From Lytechinus pictus (lineage: Eukaryota): 64,000 nucleotides of DNA. Below, one piece after another: positions 56,745 to 64,000 of this stretch; the first letter of the stretch is position 1; each line of letters begins with the position of its first letter. Below the pieces are notes generated by a model that saw nothing but the letters and a program-made list of their open reading frames with translations, was not told the DNA's origin and made no database searches. Location of the stretch: contig NC_087251.1 in NCBI RefSeq assembly GCF_037042905.1, positions 2,978,001 to 3,042,000 on the forward strand, written 5' to 3'. The translations under genes were made by a program, and so were the position numbers.

Positions 56745-59700
56745 ATAACTACTACTACCACCACCATCACTACTAACATGACTACTACTACTTTTACTAC
56801 TTCTATTAAGTTACTGGAAAGTCGTAGCCGTGCTAAACCCAAAGCATTTTGGTGGTCGTGGAAATTGTCCAACAGTTTCTCTAAGGTATGGCATCGTGCT
56901 TTAAAAGTACATACAATAACGAAAAATAGAGGTCGGGTATATAAACTCTAAAACGCAATATCTCAACATACATTATTCTTATTGAAAGCTATACTTACCA
57001 TTCATCTCGCAGTACTGACCAGTAAATGAGGGTAAACATTGACATATAAATGAATCTTTCTGAGAGCTGATGAAACACTGTCCGCCATTGAAACAAGGGT
57101 TAGATGAACACGGATCTGATTGAGAGGATTAAGTGTAAATACTTAAGGTTGTCATTAGAACATTGGCTAAACATATTATACATCCGTATGTTGATATTTA
57201 TAGTATTTGATTACACACCATAAAAGACGAAATGATAGAAGAAAATATACTTATATTAAGAAACAGCGACCAACGACATTTCTTACCTAGGGTATCATAA
57301 CTTGGGTAAAAATTGAAATTAAAGTGTAGTCAGAATTGACAATTTAATTGAAATTATATTCCACCTGTTTTCTGCATAAATCCAGTAAAAGTTTTGTTAT
57401 TTGCTCTGTGTATTACATGATAATGAGCTTCAACGTTAGTAACTTACCAATAAGTTCACAACGAGACCCTACGAAACCATCTCTACATTCACAACTGTAG
57501 ATTGTACTGATAGCGATGCAAGATGCACCGTTGAAACAAGGATTTGATGAACATGCATCATAACGTAGCACTGCTGTGTAAACATAACGAAATAAAACCA
57601 AATTTGTCATGGTGGAATAAAAAAATCAAAATACAAGAATCAAACCTAAGAAACTAGAAAATACAGGGTAATGGGATGAAAGAAAAATATAAAATTGACT
57701 CGTGTGTTATATCAACTACCAAAACCTACAAGGACAGTAAAAGGAAAGTATGCATAGTATGGACACAAGTGATTAGGATCGAAATATTATTCAAAATTTG
57801 CGAAGTGTTAGAAATACACTAAGTATCATGATTTCGATATGTTTCATTTACGAAATATACCACTGGGTGTAGAACTCAACTGTTTGTTGTTTATGTTTGT
57901 TTCTGTTTATGGTAACTCCCGTAGGAACTTGGCACGACAGCACTTTTGCTGCTAAACGCTAAGCTGGTATATAAAACATTTTATAGGAAACATTTTTACG
58001 TCTATAGGTTAATCAGTCATAGTTGCTGACCTTATAGACGACAGATATTACTCTCGGGCCTTTTTATCAAAGTGGAGACAATGGCAGAGTGAGAATTCGA
58101 ACTCACAACCTTGCAATTATGAGTCCAATGCTCTAACCACTGGACCACACGACCCGTGAATTAACTATGAATAAACAAAAAAAAATCTAATATAAAATTT
58201 AATATATTCATCTTTACCCGACTATTCTAATTCTTACATTCCTGGTTGCAGTTCCTGGTTGCAGATTTCATATCGATGTATTAAGGAAGTAACGTCGCAC
58301 AGTGGGCCAGAATTGGTTGTAAGTGCGCCAAAAATATATTTCGAGTTATATTTTTACTTTAACATGTTGATTAAGGGTAATTTTGGGCGTAGAATCGACT
58401 GAACATAATTTAAAGCCGATGTGACGTCACCTTGATACCAAATTTTGATTGGCTACTTAAAACCTATCTGTGAAAAGACAAATTACGCTAAACAATGTGT
58501 AGTATATAAACTTTGTGTTATGTGCTACTGTCAGATTGACAAGAGTGAATGTTGGTTTATGCTTCTCACATGCCTAAAAAGTGTGTATGAGATTCCAAAA
58601 ATAATTTTATGGCATCAAAATGATCATTAATTAGATTTATAAAATCTGAAATATATTCCGTGCTTTATCAAGGTGTGTTGACTTGTGTAAAACGCAGAGT
58701 ATAAATGTATCACTATGTAGAGGGTTTTTTGCTGAAATTATTCTAGAAGTAAGTTTTATCTTTGGAAGAGTTGTGGGTATAGCCCTTATTTGCGTTAGCG
58801 ACCTTTATTTTGTTTACATTATGCCCGGAATTCATGTCATTTTCATGGCATGGAAGGGGAATCGTCCTCGCTGTGCAAAAGCTAACGGCAATGTACACCC
58901 GTACGGTGCGCTACGACGACTGCGCGGTATAAACATGACCGTTTTTTAACAGGTTTTTGGGGTGTTGTGTCAAGTAAAATCGGCTCTAACATGAAAACGG
59001 GCAAAAACGGGCAGCTCAAATTGGTATCGACTTAAAGCTTAGACATCGGGAAAAATGATGCTTATAGAATTAAGACGGAAATCCACGGAAATCTAAAAGT
59101 TTCTAATGTAAATGCAAAAAACATGGATTTTCAGCCTATTTCGAGGAATAATCATCCTATAAACCTCCTGAAAGATGTCTTTTATCTACTTTGAACCCTT
59201 TCACACGAAAGAGGAATATATCAGGATTATGTGGGAGCCATTTCAGATTCCTACATGAAAAACCTCATGTAAAATGGCCTGTTTTTCAACTAGGTTGTCA
59301 TATACGTGACATTTCGCAAAATGTCACATTTTACGATTTGAGGTAGGAAATTAACAACCTTTATGCAAATTCTGGAATGAAATATTTTGCCGAAGTATTC
59401 TTCAAAGTGTTGTCTTTCAGCTGGGCATAACAAAAATTAAAAATCTGAAATTGCCCAAAATGACTTTTGGCGCACTTTTGTTTCGCCCCGGCCCACTGTG
59501 CGTCGTTAATGTGTAATTTAATATATTCATCTTTACCCGAATATTCTTATTCTTACATTCCTGGTTGCAGTTGAGTCCAGTCCAGCCAATTTCACAGGTG
59601 CACCAATAAACTGCATTTTGGTCTTCAAACAATGGATCAATGACGTCACGAACGGTGGTACAGGTTGCTCCATTAAGACAAGGGTTGGACAGGCAGGGAT

Positions 59701-61430
59701 CTAAGTGTACCGTATAAAACGTGCAATCGGGTGAAATTAAAGAGCGTAATCGGAGTGCAATTATCGATCAAAGAGCGTGAGCAAAGAGTGCAATCAAATA
59801 ATGAATAAAACTATAGTAACCAAGAGTGTAATCAAACAGTGCAATAGAAGGTTTCATTGGATGTAGGCCTACAAAATGAATCATAAATGAAAAAAGTGGA
59901 TACATTCATTTACAGGGGAGAGGAGCGAGTTTTCAACCCCGTTATTTTCTGGTGACACCCCTCCCCTCTGTAAACTTCCTTACCTGGTTCAGAGCAGGTT
60001 GTACCAGTAAAGGTAGAAGGGCATTCACACCAGAAGCCTTGAACCATATCTTCATTACCACCGGGTGCAATCAGTGTACAAGTACCACCATTCATACATG
60101 GGTTCGAATAACACGGATCTGTAAGGGGGCAAACAATGGAAGCGACGCTTATCAGATGTATTCAATTCTTTTTTTCAAGCTCAGCATGTTTAGCGAAGCC
60201 GGAAATAAGCAAATTCACAGTTAGCTTATGATAAATTGTTCTCGAAAAACCTTTCCCATTTTCACTAGGATGACTCCTAACCCTTTCAAGTGAAAAAGTT
60301 TTGTAAGCTTTCTCGACAGAGGATCTTGTGGTATTCCAATTTTAAGAAAGAAAGACACGGTATAGACTAGGTGAAAAGAATCATACGTCAGTCTGGAAAT
60401 CGTTTGTTTTATTGTCTGATTTCTTACTCATTGACAATTATTTGGGCTACTGGTAAATAGCAATGATTATGAACTCGTATACACATCAGTTTGGATGTGA
60501 CGCACATGTTTTGGAAGGTATACATGAATAATAATCAAATCACAAAATCTTATGTCAGTAAATTAAAAAACCACCTTGATGGTTTGTCTCAAATGAAATT
60601 GCTCGTGCGCAGTTACAACTGAGAAAATGTCTCTTAGAGCTTTGTGAATTGATTAACTCTTGGTCGTATTCCCATGTTTCATTTATTTCTTGAGTCGAGG
60701 TATATCATGCCCCGCTCTATTTCATATCATGATCACGGTTATCAATACGTTTATTCTACCTTCATCTCTGTCAATTTATTTGCAATACTCACCAATATTT
60801 TGACAATTGGTACCCACATAACCAAGACAGGAGCAAAAGTACGGTGTTAAGTTTTGGTTGAATTCAGTCTGCATCAACTGGAAACACCGTCCCCCATTTT
60901 GACATGGGCTGGGATTACACGGGTCTGTATGTAGAGTTGAAATAACATTTAATGTGATGTGATTAATATTAAAAATAGAGTATATAATAAACCACAATAA
61001 TAACGATGCATCTTATCACATTAATGAACTACTTTTACATTGGTGCAAATCACATCATCATCATTAATGGTCAAAAGAAATTGATTTAAACGTGCACATC
61101 AGGTATCATGCCCCACATCTGTATCAACGTCAAATAATGATTCTAAATATTAATCATTAATCGCAAATAATAAAGAAAAATATTACACAAATTCATCACT
61201 CAACATAATTGAAAGGAATCCTTACTTGATTGGTAAGCTTCTGTACAGTTTATTCCGTAGTACTCTGAAGTGCAAATACAAATGTAACCCAGTGAAGCAA
61301 AGGCTTCCTCCCGACAAGTCCCTCCATTCAAACAAGGCTTTTTAACACATGGACCTTATTGAAGCAGGATAAACATAATAAAATTGAGAGAACAAATATC
61401 AGTCACGTAGCAAACATACCAACTATATAT

Positions 61431-61462
<32 letters not shown>

Positions 61463-61604
61463 TTACTACTACCAATACTACTACTACTTTTCCCTCTACT
61501 ACTACTACTACTACCAATACTACTACTACTTTTCCCTCTACTACTATTCATACTACTGTTACTACTACTACTACTACTTCTACTACTACTATTACTACTT
61601 CTGT

Positions 61605-61638
<34 letters not shown>

Positions 61639-61698
61639 TCTTCTTCTTCTTCTACTACTACTGCTACTACTACTATCACTATTATACTACTACTACTT

Positions 61699-61749
<51 letters not shown>

Positions 61750-61750
61750 T

Positions 61751-61808
<58 letters not shown>

Positions 61809-61944
61809 GCTATACTTCTACTACGTCTACTACTACCACACTACTACTGCTGGTGTTACTACTACTACTACTACTAATACTACTACTACTACTACCACTA
61901 TACTTCTACTACGTCTACTACTACCACACTACTAATACTGGTGT

Positions 61945-61982
<38 letters not shown>

Positions 61983-63645
61983 TACTACTACTACCACTAA
62001 AACTACCGCTACCACTACTACTCAATTTCTTCTACTATAAAAATACTCAACTACTGCTACTACTACTACTACTACTTCTACAACTGCTACTGCTACAACT
62101 ACTACTACTACTAGTATTACTTAACTACGCTTCCTACTCCTACAATCAACACCACCACCAACAACGAAAGGCATATCCATGTGTTTGCCACTTTTATTTC
62201 AGTATCATATTATAAGCCTAAACATGTTTCTCTGATTCATCTCGTGGCGTGGAAAAGTAAAGTGACGTATTTATACATAATTGTGTTTGATTTATTTATC
62301 TTTCAATTTTCCTTTGTGTAATATAGAAGCAACATAATTCGCACTTTTATGTATTGTTTTTGTCATCATTATTTTATGAACATCTGAAGTGTAACAAAGT
62401 CATCCACTCCTGCGTACCTTCTACTTCACAATGGCGACCACTATAACCCGATGTACATTCGCAGTAGTAATCCTGGGTTTCATACTGATTCATACACTGT
62501 GCTCCATTCAAGCATGGTGAACTACCACAGCCGTTGTATTCTAATCAAGGAAAAATAAACAATTACAAAGTAATTTTGAGACCTTGTTATCAGTGCTCGA
62601 AGTTATGAAAATACCGACGAAAGGCATATTTCAATTAACTTAATGAAAATATGAACCGGATGTAGGCCTACGGTACTCACACACTTGGCACCATTATAAA
62701 TAGGAGGAAATAAATAATAAAACGTAATTGTCCTCATCTTCAAATGAATCATAATAAAAGATTGTTAATATCTTCAATATCTTTCTTAATTTACATATTT
62801 CCAAACATCAAAATTTCTATATTTGATCTCTTGTCATGGATTCCAGTAAAAAGGTCATAAAAATAGAAATTGCAAGCTGTGTGTTATTCCTTTCGCCTTT
62901 CGAAACAAATTTTCAAATTTGATAAAGGCTTGGCATACCTCCGGATAGACTCAGTTCGCAGTTATTCCCTGTATATCCATGGTTACATTGACATGTATAA
63001 CCTTTAAATTCAAATGGACTTGGGTCACACCTTCCATTGTCTCCACAAGGATTCGGGTCACAGTCTCCTTTTCCTAGAAAGGAACAAAGCATAAGTGTCA
63101 TGAAAGTTGCGTTTCGAGATATTTTTATCCAACTGAAATACAATTGTTATCTTAAACAGTCACTACATTGTTACCAATAATTGCTACTGGCTTAGTGAAA
63201 AAAATGTTTGTATAGTGAAAATCATTGTATTTCATTTTTAACATCATAAAATTGACTTACTTGTGCAGAGTTAATTGATTTTGAAACTATTGTTATTTTA
63301 CTTCACTACAATTCACAAATTTTCCTGGAAATAATTATTCGTATACAAAACTCAACTTCCTCATTTCTGGACGAGCCAGGTTGGAGAATGAAATTGTATT
63401 TTTACATGGCGTCACTAATCACCATTGAAACCACTTATAATTACATGTATTCTGAAAAAAAATAAGGATTTTGCATAAAGATGATAAAATTTACTCACCA
63501 GTGTCCAGTCTGTCACAGGTATAACCTATATATCCCGGTGCACACTGGCAGATAGCTGTCATGGACAGGGGATTAGCATGATTAACACAAGTGGCGCCAT
63601 TCATACATGGACCGCTGGAACATGGAGTATTGGCGGGAAAGGGTG
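42540..63645 (-). CDS. Single-pass membrane protein with at least 14 EGF-like repeats, 4 VWC/FnI-like six-Cys modules, SEA-like region, TM and short tail; 5'-partial, about 987 aa in window
   Basis: Phase 1-1 EGF exons: 63645-63499, 63073-62939, 62540-62418, 61354-61226, 60924-60793, 60118-59984, 59700-59557, 57570(or 57573)-57448, 57115-56999, 56581-56468, 55529-55380, 54900-54766, 52909-52775, 52214-52026. Split six-Cys modules: 51269-51206/50824-50781, 50354-50291/49833-49790, 49499-49430/48878-48832, 48242-48170/47238-47195. Then 46670-46664, 45904-45833, 45464-45401, 44652-44548, 44008-43814 ([23 protein letters not shown]), 43385-43320 (LYLYSKRK...) and 42638-42540 (...FKNPYI*). The last exon is the least certain. 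Confidence 0.88.
44963..45206. mobile_element. CACTG...CAGTG MITE (CACTA/EnSpm-like termini)
   Basis: CACTGCAAA...AACACCAGCCTGGTAT pairs with ATACCAGGCTGGTGTT...TTTGCAGTG. No clear TSD. Confidence 0.7.
46664..46670 (-). CDS. 7-nt microexon (ACATCTA) of the EGF/TM gene
   Basis: accatag|ACATCTA|gtaagtg with an upstream pyrimidine tract. Converts phase 1 to the phase 2 that the downstream exons need. Confidence 0.78.
48910..49100 (-). mobile_element. tRNA-derived SINE remnant
   Basis: Minus strand has GGTCGTGGGTTCGATTCCCGG (B box) followed by a body. An (AAT)n-like run lies at the left end on the plus strand. Confidence 0.7.
49908..50133. mobile_element. CAGTGGCGTA-ended MITE
   Basis: CAGTGGCGTA ... 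TACGCCACTG. Related copies at about 38557-38784 and fragments near 35100-36040 and 46320. Confidence 0.7.
52988..54165. mobile_element. Unclassified element with a 165-nt terminal hairpin and a TAGATCTA/TAACGTTA-rich core
   Basis: ATATATGGACTGCTTT (52988) pairs with AAAGCAGTCCATATAT (ends about 53154), with nested arms. Repeated palindromic 8-mers at 53180-53630. Right boundary approximate. Confidence 0.6.
55553..55614. repeat. (GA)n microsatellite
   Basis: Directly visible. On the minus strand it extends the pyrimidine tract of exon 55529. Confidence 0.95.
56685..56802. repeat. Compound (CAA/CTA/CTG/CCA)n microsatellite
   Basis: Directly visible. Confidence 0.95.
57880..58156 (-). mobile_element. 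tRNA-derived SINE (tRNA-Met-like head)
   Basis: Minus strand CGGGTCGTGTGGTCCAGTGGTTAGAGCATTGGACTCATAATTGCAAGGTTGTGAGTTCGAATTCTCAC has A and B boxes but a broken anticodon/acceptor stem. It is followed by an about 200-bp body and an (AAAC)n tail. Confidence 0.75.
58298..59500. mobile_element. Non-autonomous Transib/RAG-type DNA transposon, 1203 bp, RSS-like ends, 5-bp TSD
   Basis: CGTCG|CACAGTGGGCCAGAATTGGTTGTAAGTGCGCCAAAA ... TTTTGGCGCACTTTTGTTTCGCCCCGGCCCACTGTG|CGTCG. No transposase ORF. Confidence 0.9.
61427..62115. repeat. Long (CTA)n microsatellite
   Basis: Directly visible. Explains the poly-Tyr/Thr/Leu ORFs. Confidence 0.98.
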
Positions 63646-64000
63646 CTGCATGAAATAAACAAGTTTATTCGTGCAGAAGATAAGCAATATCGTTGATTGA
63701 CAACTGACTATCTATTATAAATCAATGTAATTATGAGTCGTATGTATATACATAACAAAAAACAAACAAAAAAAAACTATAAACATTGATGGACTCTTTG
63801 GCAAGATAAGATTGCGTCTTGTCTCTTATCGCTCAAAAATACCAATTGTCAATTGACAATGAATAAATAACAATTCATCAAAAAACAAAGTTGCGTTTAT
63901 ATATATAAATATATATATATATTATATATATATATATTAGTGTCTTAGTCTGCCTTCACGCAAATACATTTTATTCGTCTGAAATCATTATTACAAGTAA

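Noticed and set aside
58085..58156. Functional tRNA-Met gene
   Set aside because: Anticodon and acceptor stems do not pair properly, and it continues into a SINE-like body and tail.
61359..62215. Tyr/Thr/Leu-rich ORFs (mucin-like)
   Set aside because: (CTA)n microsatellite in an intron of the minus-strand gene, with no splice support.
63261..63286. Possible small minus-strand exon before a GTAAGT donor
   Set aside because: It is 26 nt, would break the phase-1 frame between EGF exons, and has a weak acceptor.
52026..63645. Naming the EGF gene Notch, Delta, Crumbs or fibropellin
   Set aside because: No LNR, ankyrin, DSL, LamG, CUB or avidin domains are visible in the window, and the C-terminal architecture differs.

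Overview
AT-rich, intron-rich animal genomic DNA. It is very probably sea urchin, inferred from the EMAP protein and the repeat families. Three genes can be reconstructed exon by exon. (1) A plus-strand EMAP/EML gene (HELP motif plus WD40 repeats; 16 exons in the window, 7..28986, 5' end upstream of the window) with a U12-type minor-spliceosome intron and a candidate 24-nt cassette microexon. (2) A convergent two-exon divergent Q50 homeobox gene (minus, 34497..32700). (3) A minus-strand single-pass membrane protein entering from the right edge, with 14 EGF exons, 4 six-cysteine VWC/FnI-like modules, a SEA-like region, a TM helix and a short tail; its frame closes only with a 7-nt microexon. 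Introns and intergenic DNA hold many mobile elements. The most striking is an intact 1.2-kb non-autonomous Transib/RAG-type element with perfect CACAGTG ends, 12/23-spaced nonamer-like motifs and a 5-bp TSD. Others are a head-to-tail Helentron-like array, self-nested Harbinger-like MITEs, a 2.2-kb element with a 6-bp TSD, SINEs and LINE remnants. Most ORFs in the supplied track are spurious or are exon fragments. All calls were made by eye; no searches were run.
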